64,000 nt of DNA from Octopus vulgaris (taxonomy: Eukaryota). Of this stretch, positions 25,650 through 40,286 are shown piece by piece. The notes under the pieces were generated by a model. The model was not told where the DNA came from, made no database searches, and worked only from the letters and a program-made list of their open reading frames with translations. The stretch lies in the NCBI GenBank assembly GCA_951406725.2, contig OX597831.1:12028001-12092000 (forward strand). The letters run 5' to 3'. Each line of letters starts with the position of its first letter. Positions within the stretch are counted from its first letter, which is position 1. Position numbers and translations under genes: made by a program.

Positions 25650-26170
25650 ATATTTCTTAAAGGCAAATGTGGTTTGTGTAGACTTGGATACTGGATTATC
25701 ATACAGGTTTTATATGTTGTTAGCTGTGTGTTTATTTAATTTCTATAAGTACTTGTGTTGTGATTAATTGTCTGTTTTTGTTGGGGAATTATTTATACTA
25801 TGAAAGTATTGTCCACGAATGTTTTCCTGTTATGTTTAGTTTTCTGCTGTGTAGAATAGTGTTGCAAATGCTTTTTGTGGTGAATGCATAGTGAGCGCCT
25901 ATGGGAGAGATAGAATTGTAATTGTATGGCCGATGTAGCCATAAGAGTGAAGAAGCTTAAAACTCACATAGTTACAACTAAATTGCTAAATCCCCACTTC
26001 AGTCATTTGTTACTGGTTCTTAGGTTTACATGTTTATGGTTTGTTGTTGATAAGGAGCTTTGTGTGAAATTAGTGTTGCTTTATACTTTGGCATGATACA
26101 TTTTATGTTGTTTTATGAAATTTTGATAATGCGTTCATCTCTTCCATTGTTAATATACATTGGTGCCATA
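25650..26170 (-). mobile_element. Penelope-like element GIY-YIG endonuclease remnant
   Basis: Minus-strand YIGHT (25937-25923), LTMH (25895-25884) and FVDNT resemble the Penelope YIGxT..L..RLTMH C-terminal region; heavily decayed. Confidence 0.55.
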
Positions 26171-27048
26171 CAATACAAATCCCTTCCCCTTTCTCCTCTA
26201 TATTTCCCTCCCTTAATAATGTCCACTCTGTGATTCTCTTCATTTTCACTCTCCTACAACAATAAACCTGTTCTTCTCATCTCCTCTCGTCCAAAGTCAT
26301 CACTTTCTCTCATTCTCCTATTTCCATTTCAGTTGTGGCGAAAGTAATAAGACAACCTTACTAAAAAGCATTTAGTGTATTTCATACAAGTACTTGGCAT
26401 TCAGAAAGGCATCCAGCCATTGAAACCATGCCAAAACTGAGGTGCACTGGGGTATAACACAACTCACCAGTTAGTCAGATGATGCAAAATCAAAAAACAA
26501 TAACAGAAATGTAATGTTTGATGAATTTGTATCGTAGTATCCTCATCCTTTAATGTTTGCTTTCCATGCTGGCATGGGTTGGACAGTTTGATCAGAGCTA
26601 GCAAGCTAGAGAGCTACAAGATGTTTAAGTCTATATTTCTGAAGCTTCATTTATTTGCTGTTAAAATATTTGTTACTAATTAGGGCTTTTTATTATTCTG
26701 TATTTTTCTTTTATCTATTGCTTTGATTGCGAAAGGGAATATAATTGCTTTGAAGTGTAAGGATTTTAATACTGACATTTTATATCAGAGAGAATATTCA
26801 CCATCTTTGTGTAAAAGCATTATTTGTGTTTCTGCAGGTGTAATACTTCGTATCAACCTAGATGTTTATACTTAGAAATGAGATTACATTCGTATTTCTC
26901 TGTAATTTCAGTATGAGTTTGTTTTCTACATCTTCTTATAATTTCTAAATGTATTTTAGTGTGTCCCATTGCAACAAGCATCATCCACATAATTGGCAAT
27001 GCTTGATGTTTGTATATAAATACTACTTTGTTCCCTATGGGTCCAGAT

Positions 27049-27235
27049 CAGTGGCTCTCTCAACTACAGTTTCCAGGGCCACATGTGACCATCAAGCATC
27101 CTTCTGCTGGATTCCCCCTTTAAATATAATAAATTTTCCTTTACTTGACTTGTATTTTACTTTTTGTGGTGTGGCCCCTTAAAGCCATCCAGATTTTGGA
27201 TTTATCCTTGTTGTTAAAAAGGTCATGAGCCACTG
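27049..27235. mobile_element. hAT/Charlie-type MITE
   Basis: TIRs CAGTGGCTC / GAGCCACTG; 8-bp flanks GTCCAGAT / GTCTAGAC fit the NTCTAGAN target preference. Confidence 0.75.
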
Positions 27236-29510
27236 GTCTAGACAGAATGAATGCTGCAAACGTGGTCCCCAAGAGACAACTTTAGGATAACGGTTTTCTC
27301 TTTTTGATTATGTAAATTGTATTTTGTGCTGTACATGTTTTTACACGTCAACAATAGTACAATATTTCATGTTGTGAAGATGAGGCCAACAATGTCTGGA
27401 AATGATGTTTTCTTAGGGACTTTATAGTTCCAAATGAGATGGAAGGGTCTTATATGAAAATATGAAGGAAAAAGATCAAAATAGGACATAATCATGTTTT
27501 CCCTACACGTCTTACAGAAAAGAGGTTCTCCATATAAGTATATATGTGTGTGTATGTGTATACATATACATACAAATATATACACATATATAAATATATA
27601 CACATACACAAACATATAACACACACACACACATATATATATATACACACATACATACACATTATTATAAAACTATGGATGTCTCAGCAGTCATTAAATG
27701 ATTCCCTTTTTGTTTTATATATGAGATTTTGACTTTAAATAATTTTTAACCTACAATGAAGGAGTACAGGGTGTTTGTTATATTATCATTTTAAATACAT
27801 TTACCACTGACCATCACAGATGAACTGTTGTGAAAATTGATTACTTTCATAAGTAATCTATACATAGTGAAAATTTTCTCAAGTATTTTGATATTAAAAA
27901 AAAAATATATATATATATATAGTTCAGAATCTGAGTGATTATTATTATTATTATTGAGCCACGATGGAAGACCAAAAAAAAAAAAAGGAAAAAAATATAC
28001 ATTGAAGAAAACATGTATCCTGTGTTACACAGTGAATTAATGAATATCCAGTAATATTTAAAAAAAAAACAAAAACATTGCAACTCATTTGCTAAATAGC
28101 AAGATCATCATCGTTAATATTTATAAAAGTTTTGTAACTGTTTGTTATAACGAGATACAAATGGTGCATGATTTCTTTTTTTTTTTCTTCTTTTTTTTTT
28201 CTTTCAATTTTAAATCCAGTGTAACATTCATGATTTTCAGCTAAGTTGCAGTTTGGAGAAAAATCATGTGTGGGGGCCAAATTTGATTTTCTTGAAGAGA
28301 AAAAAAAAAAGAAAAAAAATATTGTGATGAATGAATTCAATTTCTGGTGAAATAGCTATTGTGATATGCAAACAAACATTTAAATTAGGGTGCTAGAAAA
28401 TGTAAAAAAAAAATTCATTCGTTAACAACACAATGCATTCTCTTTGTGAAGCTGCTGTTTGGTGCAGAATAATGGCAAAAAAATATCCTTGGGCCCTTCT
28501 TTCAAGGTGAACATGGTAGCAAAGCATTTATAAATGTTGACCTATATAGGTCAATGCCAAACGTTTGTATTTCCTAAAGTAGAAAATTTTAAAAGAAATA
28601 AGGTTTTGGCAAACTAGAAGTATTGCCCCAAACTGTAAAACCAGATGGGTTGCGGAAATTGTCTTCAAGCTCTTTAAAGTTGGCTTTAATGCTTGCCCAC
28701 ATAAATTTTTCTGGATTGTGTCTTTAAGATAATCTATATGTGTAAAGTGTACATATAAAAGAATGAAGAGGAACCGAAATTGGAACCACTCAAGCAAATG
28801 AAAAAACATCTATGCAGTCATTCAAACTGCTAGAAATAGCAGCCAAATATCAACTCAAATCACATACCAGGTCATAAGAAACATATTATATAATGTATTC
28901 CTGCAAATCCCTAAAAAGGGAGTATGATCATGTCTAGAAAGCATTTGATCAAGGTGTTCTTCACCCAGTGTTCACATGGGACTAAACAACATGAAAATCT
29001 CATGAAGAATTTCCTGTAAATAACCAAAGCAATATTTCCTTCTCTCTAACAGATCCAGTATTGTAAAGAAGTAGATTGTGAGAAGACACAAATTGAAGAA
29101 ATTCCAAGAATATTATTTCTGAAAAATAAATTCCTAAAATCAAAGTTTTATTTACAAAATTGTTTGGTTGCATTTCATAAATTTTATAATAAAAATAAAT
29201 TCTTCAGTAATTACATACCAACTTATTCACAGATTAAAATATATTTACACACATAGTACACACACACACACATACACACATATATACACATACATTCACA
29301 CACATATGAATACACACAAGGTCATATATAATTATGTATATATGTGTATATATACATATAGATATCAATATACCAACACACGTAAGCATATGCATATATA
29401 TATATACATACATACATAGGTATTTATATAATATATATGTATAAATGCAAACACATGCACACACACACATACACACAGATATACCAGCATATATAAGCAC
29501 AAATGCACAG

Positions 29511-29585
<75 letters not shown>

Positions 29586-30153
29586 AAGAGATAGGTAAAT
29601 TATATAAATGTATATGTATAATTATATGCATGTGTTCATTATTTCTGTGGAAAAAATGTTGACAGTAACTTCAAAGTTTTGACTATGCAGCCTTCATAGG
29701 ACAGTAGATTACTCTGGTCTTACCACAAGCTTTGTCCATAATTTTTGGATTTCAGTCAGTGGGAAGAGCCATGTAGTTGCAAAGAATGGTGTAATAATGT
29801 ATGCTCGTTGGATATAAACAAACATTTTATAAATATCTCTTTATAGAATATCCATAAATATATTTGCTTGCATGCCACAAAAACTCACAATTGCACCACA
29901 GTTACTTTACAGCAACATTGCTCCTCTTATATGGTGAACCTCAACAATTTTAAACCAAAACTGAAAAAGAAAAAAAAAAGCCCAAAATAATTTACAGCCC
30001 AATGAAGGCTTCAAGGGTGAAACTTTAAGGTTCCTGTTAACCTTTTCCCAACAGAAACAAAATAAAATGTGTTACAGGGCTGAAAGCGTTGCAGAGATTA
30101 TGCAGTTAATACTTGACAATCGCCAACTATGTGCAAAATCAATACATGTTTTC

Positions 30154-30233
<80 letters not shown>

Positions 30234-30302
30234 CATAAATATATATATACACATAAATATATATATATACACATAAATATATATATATATACACACACAT
30301 AA

Positions 30303-30333
<31 letters not shown>

Positions 30334-31336
30334 TGATATATATATAACCTTGTTTGTTTTATGCTTGTTTTTCCATAGTTGTAAGGATTAGATGAATATG
30401 TGATTTAGGCATTGTTGTTGCAGCTGTATGCCCTTCCTATTGCTAATCCTTTACCTGTTTTTCAAGTGAGGGATCTCTTCTTCCATTCAGCTTCAAAGGT
30501 GCCATGCAAGACATAAACAAACAAACATGCCTGCATTCATGCCCACTCAAACACTTCACAAATGTATATATATTCCATTATATCATATATTATGTTTTAT
30601 ATAATGTATTATATAAAATCATCTGTAGTATACCATATTATATAATATTATATACACGTAGGCATTAATTAGTCTTATTTCAGTTTCTCTTTACCAAATC
30701 CACTTATAACGCTTTGGTTAGACTAAATTAATAGCAGAAGCTCAAGGTTCTGCACAGTAGGACTTTGAAATTAGCATAACTGTCATTTCAAGCTTCGGTT
30801 ATTATCATGTAAAGGTAGAAACGATTGTTTGGCAAATATTTAAATAAAAAAATATAAATTCTATACTTGAATCCTGTACTGAGTACTATATTTGAAAGAA
30901 GTCTACTTTGATAGAACCAATTTCAATGGAGATAATATAGTACATACATGTGTGTGCATTTATCATACTATATGGGCTAAAAACGCCTAATGTAGGAAAA
31001 GATTGAATCAACCTTATCCATGAGATGAAAAACTGAAACACCTGCCTACTGTGGATCAGCTCCTGTGGCTAATTTTGCCCCTTTTTTTTCCTCTGTGTAA
31101 GGTGTTTGACTCCATATATAAACAGCTAATATCCATATTTACATTTTTCTCCATCATAAAAACTTATTTTCAAAATTTCTGAATGCATCAAAATATGATT
31201 TCAAATAAAAATAGATAATGAACAGACATATGTGTACATACAAATATACACACTTATATATACATATACATATAAGTGTGTATGTGTATATATATATGTA
31301 TGTATGCAGATATATATATATATATAATCTATATAC

Positions 31337-31367
<31 letters not shown>

Positions 31368-31389
31368 TGTATGTATGTATGTATGTATG

Positions 31390-31421
<32 letters not shown>

Positions 31422-32059
31422 CATATATACATGTGTATGTGTGTATATATATATATATACACATGTATATACATAGATATACATACATACACACACACAT
31501 GTATGAATATATATACATGTGTGTTTGTACATATACACAGTTTCATAACATACATATATACACCTACATGGAGATATAAACACACAAACACACACACAGA
31601 CAAATATGTAGACTGATCTCTTTGAGAATTACTGGAAATGTTTCTAATGTGGAATTAAAACCTGGACTCAACAAGGTCTGCATATAAACCAAGCAACCCC
31701 AAAAGTTCTAACTTGCAGGAAAACGATTGATCTCTATTTCCAGCTGGAAAAGGATTGCACGGAGTCCAGAGACAAAAAAAAATGCATGTAAAAATGCCAT
31801 ATTGTGCAGTAGATGCACTCTCTCAGTTTCCAATTATCAGCCCAAGACAAGCAGTGAATCTTGTGAAGCAGACATCTAATAATAGAAGACAGAGCACCAC
31901 CAAAATTTAAGTCTTTTAAATGTTTGGAGGGGGTTTAAGAAGTATTTGATGCCTTGTTCTACCAAGGTGAGTTAACAGAAGCTGAGGATTTTCAGAACAT
32001 ATAAGAGCCAATGTAAGCATGGCACAGAAAAATTTGAGAGAGAGCTATTACCTTTGATG

Positions 32060-32560
32060 GCAACCAAATGATTATCTCTTAGAGGTAAGGGCAAATTGTA
32101 TGATGATTGTATATAAAATGTGATGTTGCATAGTTACGAAACATGAGCATTGAAAGTAGAAGGTGTATGAAGGCTGGAAAGAAGTGAGGCAAGCATGTTC
32201 TGGTAGATGTGTAGCGCTGACGGACCTGAATGATGGCACACAAATGAGCTGAGAGAAGGAAAACAAAAAGAGGTATAAAAAGGAATCAGATGCAGTGTAG
32301 TGGAAAGGTCATTGAGCTTGTGTTGACATGTGACGTGTAAGGGGTTGCGGAAAGAAGTGGCAAGTGATTAAAGTGAAAGAAACCTGTGGAAGGGAAAGAC
32401 CAAGGAAGGCATGGACTGAAGTGGTGAGATTCGATCTCAGGATGCTGGATCTCATGAAGGAGATGGCAAAGTACCACAAGAAGTGGTGAGATGCTGTGCT
32501 GGAGAAGACCTGTTCAACCCATGTAAACTTGGAAAAATGGATGCAAAATAATGATGATAA
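32060..32560 (+). pseudogene. RTE-clade LINE 3' end
   Basis: GKLYDDCI*NVMLHSYET*ALKVEGV*RLERSEASM and CGRERPRKAWTEVV; ends CAACCCATG...TGGAAAAATGGATG...ATGATGAT. Confidence 0.8.
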
Positions 32561-32796
32561 TGCACACACATGCATACAAATAGATACACATAAAAGCAAA
32601 CCTAGAGATTTTGATATAAATATATACATGCACACACATGGAAGAGTGGACAAACGAAAGAAAGTCACACTCAAACACATTCGGTAGCAGTTACACATAT
32701 TTTTTAATAACTGTTTGACTCAGCTCCATATAAAAAGTTCATGGACATGTAATACACATCCATCTCATCAGATATCTATCTATCTACCTGTCTGTA

Positions 32797-32836
<40 letters not shown>

Positions 32837-33127
32837 AAGCATGCAGTGATCTTGTAATTGAGACACACTTGTTCTTTTCTATTTTTTCTCTCTCCTCATC
32901 TATCCTTTCCATATATGTCTATGTATGTAGGTAGATGGTTTTTGTTTATCTAATGGAACCAAAGCATAAAAATAGTCAATGAAAGTGTGAAGAGGGGTAT
33001 AAACTGGGAATAGGGATTTCATCTAGACCCCTAGTTTCAGTCAGCCAGACCTTTGGTCAATAGCAAATGCCACTGATCCGGACTTTTACTGCTTATACAA
33101 TTTAACAGAAATTTCTTTAAAATCTGT

Positions 33128-33345
33128 GGAGGCGCAATGGCCTAGTGGTTAGGGCAGCGGACTTGCGGTCGGAGGATTGCGGTTTCGATTCCCAGACCGG
33201 GCGTTGTGTGTGTTTATTGAGCGAAAAAAACACCTAAAAGCTCCATGAGGCTCCAGCGGGATGTGGTGATCCCTGCTGTACTCTTTCACCACTCTAAAAG
33301 GCGGTGCTCCAGCATGGCCGCAGTCAAATGACTGAAACAAGTACA
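33128..33345 (+). mobile_element. SINE with family D head and family B tail, followed by an A tract
   Basis: A box TGGCCTAGTGG and B-box-like GGTTTCGATTCCC; tail GGCGGTGCTCCAGCATGGCCGCAGTCAAATGACTGAAAC. Confidence 0.8.
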
Positions 33346-33767
33346 AAAAAAAAAAAAAAAAAAAAAATGTATATAGGCTTGAAACGTTAAAGACTTTTTC
33401 ACTTCCCGAGCGTTATACTAATACATCTGTTTGTTGTCTACACCACCTGTCTTCATCTTTTGTTTTTTTTTCGTAATATATATATATATATATATATATA
33501 CATACATAAATATAATATATATATAAATACATAAATATATATAAATAAATACACAAATATATATAAATATATATATATATATACACACACACACATACAT
33601 ACAAATGCAGCCTATAACAGAAAAATATTCTCATCACACAAATCTACTATGGAAATTGAAGCATGCTTATGTATATACATATCTATATATATGTGTGTGT
33701 GCATGTGCATGTGCATATGTATATATGTGTGAGAGAGAGAGAGTGTGTGTGAGTGTGTGTATATATA

Positions 33768-33798
<31 letters not shown>

Positions 33799-34819
33799 TC
33801 ATACACACACAAGCATGTACATGGATGTGTGTACAAATGCGTAAGATATGAATGATGTATATGTTAAGTGAAATAAATAAATAAATGAATATGCAACATA
33901 GGAAATGAATTTTCTCTTTTAAAAAAATTTTCACTTTTATACTAAAAGTGAATTAGTCAGATTTTGGGGTTGGGGAAAGGACAACCTGTGTGAGTTTGTT
34001 GTTAAAAAAATGACTTAAAGAAATAGGAAATTCAGACCTGTTGTTAAGAAAAAAAACACCATTATAATTAATTAATTAATTAATGAGACATGGTTCACAA
34101 GAATATAAGTGATTGATCAAGGAAGAAAAAGAAAAATTTACAAAATCTTTCATTTTTTACGTTTAGTTTAAAATATATCTTTTTTTCTTATTATTCTTTA
34201 CACAATTCATTGATTAAATAAAAATAAAATAAAAAATGTTAAACGAAAGAATTTCTTTTATAAAAGGAAAATACAAAAAAAAAATGAGAAAATTTTCAAA
34301 AAAAAAGGTTAACGTAGGTTTGCTTTTTTAAGGGATTGTTTTCTTCAGAGATTTTTTTTTTTTGCTTTTCAAAATAAATTTCTTAAAATACTTTTTGTTG
34401 CAACATTTTGGCAGATACATGCATAATAATAATAATTTGAAATGCCTCCAAAACTGGCATCTCATGTGTTAAAAGTTCAAAATCAAACACTCAGTATTTG
34501 TACCAATATTTTCAGTTTGTCAACTAACAGCGATGACTGGACACATACATAACATGCAGTGAAACATTATGTGTAATATAATGTATCTGATATACATACA
34601 TACATATATATATATGTGTGTATATATATATATATCAAATGCAGTTTATGTTACATAAGAATATGGGCTATTAGCATATATATGTTATGCATATAAATAA
34701 TCTGTATGTATGTGTTATGTTATGCGTGTGTATGTGTGTGTGAGAGTATACATTTCCAAACAATACTGCTGAAGTAGAAAAATAAGACAAAAAACCCCCA
34801 GAAAACCACATTATTTTTC

Positions 34820-35003
34820 TAACCCTTTAGCATTCAAACTGGCCATATCCAGCCCAGATTTTCTTCTCGCTTTATGTTTAAATTGGCCAGATCCAGCCTC
34901 TCACACCATTGAAATCTTAAAGCTACAAGATAATGCATGATTAATTCAAAGCATGTGAATAAATAAGTATTATATCTGACAGTGTAATCTGAGTGCTAAA
35001 GGA
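34820..35003. mobile_element. piggyBac-like MITE family
   Basis: Ends CCCTTTAGCA / TGCTAAAGG. Related copies at 4889-4965, 52850-53070, 55030-55636 (split by a family B SINE) and 57966-58190. Confidence 0.65.
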
Positions 35004-36261
35004 CACAATTAACTACATGAAGGGTAATTTGAAAACAAGAGGCATAGTGAGTTGAATCAACCCCCAACACATTACTGGTATTTTGTTTATTAAAACCAGT
35101 ATTACAAAAAGTGATCCTGCTGGGGCTTTGAAGCATCTGTGTATGTTTTAGAAACAGGCAGATGAAACAGAATGTCAAAGGGTATTCATTGAAGGTCTAA
35201 TAATTCTGCTACAGCAGCACTTTCCAGACAGCCTCTATTTGCTCACTTGACCTGCCTTAAATAGCAGTAAATCTCCACAAATCACACACTAACATCTTAA
35301 AAAGAAAAAAAAAAGTTGAATGAGAGGGGATAACGTAGTCATGGATATAGTAAATGAGAGGATGGTCATGTTTGGAACACCTATGTTTCATAAGTCTGTC
35401 AATCAGTGTTGACAAGAGGTTTAATGCTAAATAAGAAAACCCAAAATTATGATAAAATTCTCAGAGGAATTGATGCATTTCCTGTTGATTTAATTAGGGC
35501 TATTCTGGTGGGGGTGGTGATGACAAAATGAAGTTCAGCATGCTTGTGCAGATCACAGGATGTGCATAGTTCAATTCCAGCCAAAGAATTTAACACTTAT
35601 AAAAAAAAAAAAATTCTCAATTACAGAGTATTGCTTATGAAAGAATACCTATATATACATACATATATATGTATATAAATATACACACACACATGCCACA
35701 TGCACACAAATGCATTTACATCATTGCAGGGCCATTTTAGCAATTTAACAAGACAAAACCTTGTTATTTCATTGTAGTAAGCAACTATGAAATTGTGGAA
35801 CTTGGTTTGTCATACTTCTGTGCCGTTCAGTTGATGCTCTGGAATGGCATCAGTGATTGGATCACATTAAAGATGAGATACGATTGACAATTCACAGAAG
35901 ACAATGTTATTAAGAAAATAACTTTGTGAAGTTAAGATCTTTTTTTTTCTTCTCTACTTGGATGGCTAAAACGTCTCCTCCACAATATGAACTTGCTTCA
36001 GTGTGATCTCCCAACATAACATCCTCAAATCTCATCACTTGCTGCACACATATCACTCTATTCACATATACATGTATGCATAATATATATATATATATAT
36101 ATGTATATACATACACACACTCACACACACAATTGTCACTGAAGTGATTAAGGGTGCAAGTCAGCTCCAGCATTGCTAGAAATAAGAGTAAAAACAACAC
36201 TTAGCCACTTTAGTGACGACTGTACTTGTGCTTTTGGTTTTAAATTGTGAATAGCCACTTT

Positions 36262-36356
<95 letters not shown>

Positions 36357-36446
36357 CACACATGCATCTACATACATATATATATGTACGTAAATTCATA
36401 AAAATATATTTACATACACTCACACACTTATGCTTATTTAAACATA

Positions 36447-36495
<49 letters not shown>

Positions 36496-36672
36496 ACATA
36501 TATATAAAATATTTATGCAATTTTAATTATAATTTTACCTAATCACATGCACACACACATACTTATGGCTGTATGTAAATAATAGTTATATTTTCTTCAT
36601 TGACCACTAGGGGTTCACAATAATAATGATAACAACAACAATAATAATAATAATAATAATAATAATAGTAAG

Positions 36673-36710
<38 letters not shown>

Positions 36711-37178
36711 TAATAATAATAATAGTAATGATATTCAGCTTATGAAAGCTAACAACATATACATATATGTATACACATGCAAACTGTACAAAGCTCAGCT
36801 CTGCAGTTTGCTCTTTACACGGTTTCATTGTGAATGTAATATAAATTAGGTGTAGGCTATTTTGTACCTCATATCTGCAACACCAATTGAGATAACATCG
36901 TCAAAGGTGATGGAATACCGGAAAAAACGTGCTAAGAGAAATGGAGATTAAGGAAGAACAAACAGTGGCAGAGAAGAAAAGAAAAAGGCACGGAGCTTAG
37001 GAAAGTTCTTTTAAATTAAGCAGTTATGAAGGTTACGTGAAGAAAGGCCATGAGTGCTTTCAATGTTTTGTTTGTTTGTTTGATTCCTCAGTAGAATTTA
37101 CATTGATCTTTTTCTTCACTTTGGTTTGGCTTTTGTTATTCTTTGAGAAATAAAGAAGCTAGTCTGAAGCTATCAAAT

Positions 37179-37262
<84 letters not shown>

Positions 37263-37286
37263 CATATATGTATATATATAATTACA

Positions 37287-37334
<48 letters not shown>

Positions 37335-38103
37335 TACATATGTATATGTATGCACGTATATATGTATATATATATATACATGTATGTATATATTCTTTTA
37401 CTTCAGTCATTTGACTGTGGCCATGCTGGACCACTGCCTTATACATATATCATAGACAATTTCAAATTGGAAATATGTTGATTTTGTTTTTTGAAAATGT
37501 TTCAAAATGCTGAATGTGTTTTCTATTTTCAATAATGTAACTTTTTTAAAGTTATACTCTTCAATATGATTAAGTCAAAATCATATAAGAAAATCTAATG
37601 ACAAAAAGTAAGGCAACAAGAATTGTTCTAGAGTAGGGATGGTAGGAGGGAACAAGAGGGAACAAGGTTGCTTAACTAGCTTGATCACTAAATGTTAATT
37701 ATATCAAAGGGAGTGTTTATAATACAGACCAAAAAACAAGAAAAAGAAAAAATCAAAATTAAATCAATGAAAATCCTAAGTCAAAAGACATTTTCTCCCT
37801 ACAAAATAAAAAAAAAAGAAACAAAAAAGGAATAGAATAAAATTAAAATTCCAAAAGCAAAAAGAATAAAAAATGAAAATGATAAAAAGAATAAAGCAAA
37901 ATATAATTAGTCAAAATTAAATTACATAGTTGAAAACATCATTATAAATATAATTGGTAAAAAAACCCCAAACCAAACAAAAAACATGATAAAAGTGAAT
38001 GAAGAATATTATATTAAAAAAATATCAGCAGATTTTTTTTCTTTTCAATGGCAAATTTATTTTCAAAACCAGTTTCATCGCAAAGAGTTAAGTCATTAAT
38101 GGT

Positions 38104-38339
38104 TTAACCCTTTTGGTACCATATTTCTGTTGAGATGCTCTGTGTTTCTCTCAATTAATTTTAAATATAACAAAGAATTTAGTAAAAAAAAACCAACTTA
38201 GTTATCATTAAGCTATTGTTAGGAACATAAATTGTGACTAAGTTTTGGTGGAAGATTTTAATTCAGAACTTTTGAAAACAAGACATTTGTACAACAGAGC
38301 CAGAAGCGGTTTCAGCCAGGTTGGTATCAAAAAGGTTAA
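38104..38339. mobile_element. piggyBac-like MITE with TTAA TSD
   Basis: TTAA-CCCTTTTGGTACCA ... TGGTATCAAAAAGG-TTAA; TIRs match at 12/14 positions. Confidence 0.8.
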
Positions 38340-38481
38340 CGATGCTAAAAGGAAATACAAGATAGAGCTGTTTGATTGTGCAGCAATAGTTATTGCATAT
38401 TATCACAGCAACTGAACTGTCAGTATTAAGGACATGATAATATCTGAATGTGTAGTGTGTGTGTGTGTATATATACATACA

Positions 38482-38513
<32 letters not shown>

Positions 38514-38740
38514 CATATTAACCATTTAATGCTTAAGTTATTAATATGCAAAAGAAAAATAAATTGGTCTTATTTTATGGTTAGGACATAGGTCAGATGT
38601 AGAAAAAAAATTAATATATATATATCAGAAAATGTCTGTACAAACAGATGTACAACTACTGTTGTGTTTAGAGCTCCAGGTAGATTTTTAAAATCCAGTC
38701 TGCTTTAAATAGTAATTATATATATATGTGTATATGTATA

Positions 38741-38811
<71 letters not shown>

Positions 38812-39589
38812 TGAAATTAACTCTGTAATAACTGCCAGATGTTTTAATTGTTTACATGCAATAATGTTGTTCAAATGTAAAGAATCCTTAGAAGTTGGCC
38901 AAGTTTTCAATTTTGTCATTCTCTCTCTCTTTTTTTTTAATAAGTACTGAAGATGCTACAACAGCTACTCATCTCAAGCAAGGATACTCATCCTCATTTC
39001 CTTGTTGTGGATTCACTGACGGCTGAATAAACAAGCCTTGATACACAGGTCTTGCATAAGAGCGAACAGTTTAACAGTAGGTGTTAACAATAAGTGTTAG
39101 AAAGATAATAAGAGAGTATACTAAATTCTCCAAGTGGACAAGATTACTAAAGGAACCATAAGTAACGTAACCCTTTCCAGTAATAATGTTAAATACCTGT
39201 AAAAGATAGAACTACTAGAATTGGCAAGTTATGGTACTTCAATAAACTTGATACATCTTAGCAGAAAATAGCTTTAAACATCACATGTCTCAACAAAGGA
39301 TTGGTATTATGAACTGCTTTCTACAGTTAAAGGTAATGACATTTTGAATGGATATATCTGATTTCCACAACAGAAGAAGTTAAATACTAATTCTATTAAC
39401 GGAGTGAAACCTAAACACAGTACAAATTCACTAAATATAAAGAACTTCAAAGTAACATAACAATGACATCATGGCATAGATGCAGCTTTTAAAAAGGATG
39501 CACTCACTGCTATATTGAATTTTTGTTTGTTATTGTTACCTTGCAATAATAATGTTGCCTATATTTTCATAACGAGAAAATAATTTTGA

Positions 39590-40214
39590 GGGAACCTAAA
39601 GTGATGTGGTCTAGAAAATTAACCTCAGTATTTAACTGGTATTGATCTTATTAATCCCAGAAGGATGAAAGGCAGAATAAATCCTGACAGGATTTGAAAG
39701 AAGATTGTAAAGGTACATAAAGCATCTTGTCGATTCCTTTGTCAATTCAATTTCCATTACTATGCAATAATAAGGGCTTCAAATTTTGAGAACTGGGATT
39801 GATTACATCGATCCCAATATTAAAATTATACTCTATTTTATTTGCACTGAAATTATGAGAGACAAAGTTGGCAACTGCAGAATTTGAACCCAAGACATCA
39901 AAAAGCTGGAAGAAATGCTGCTCAGCATTTTGCCCAACTCACCAAGGATTCTGTCGGGTCACCACCTTAATAATAACAACAATTATAATCATAATAACCC
40001 TTTCTACTATAGGCACAATGCCTGAAATTTGGGGGAGGGGGACTAGTCAATTACATCGACCCCAGTACTCAACTGGTCCTTATTTTTACTGAACCCAAAA
40101 AGTTGGAAGGCAAAGTCGACCTCTGCGGGATTTGAACTCAGAACATAAACACAGATGAAATGCCACTAAGCATTTTGCCTGGCGTGCTACTGATTCAGCC
40201 AGTTCGACACCTTA
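39590..40214 (-). mobile_element. Three tandem SINE family A copies of differing decay
   Basis: Family A core motifs repeated. Further minus-strand copies at ~48400-48620, 51790-52270 and 57280-57650. Confidence 0.8.
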
Positions 40215-40286
40215 ATGATAATAATATTGCAAAAGTAAAAGTTTGTGTTGTACATTTAAATTGTAACTTTGATTTAAGAAAATAAC

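Noticed and set aside
33128-33200. Functional tRNA gene (also 17330-17402 and 14130-14210)
   Set aside because: No acceptor stem; the sequence continues into SINE bodies.
33370-33475. GAAACGTT resembling the 3' half of a Penelope hammerhead
   Set aside because: No upstream CUGANGA or helix II; at most a truncated remnant.
39095-39215. Minus-strand acceptor TCTTTTACAG|G
   Set aside because: All phases stop quickly and give no recognisable peptide.
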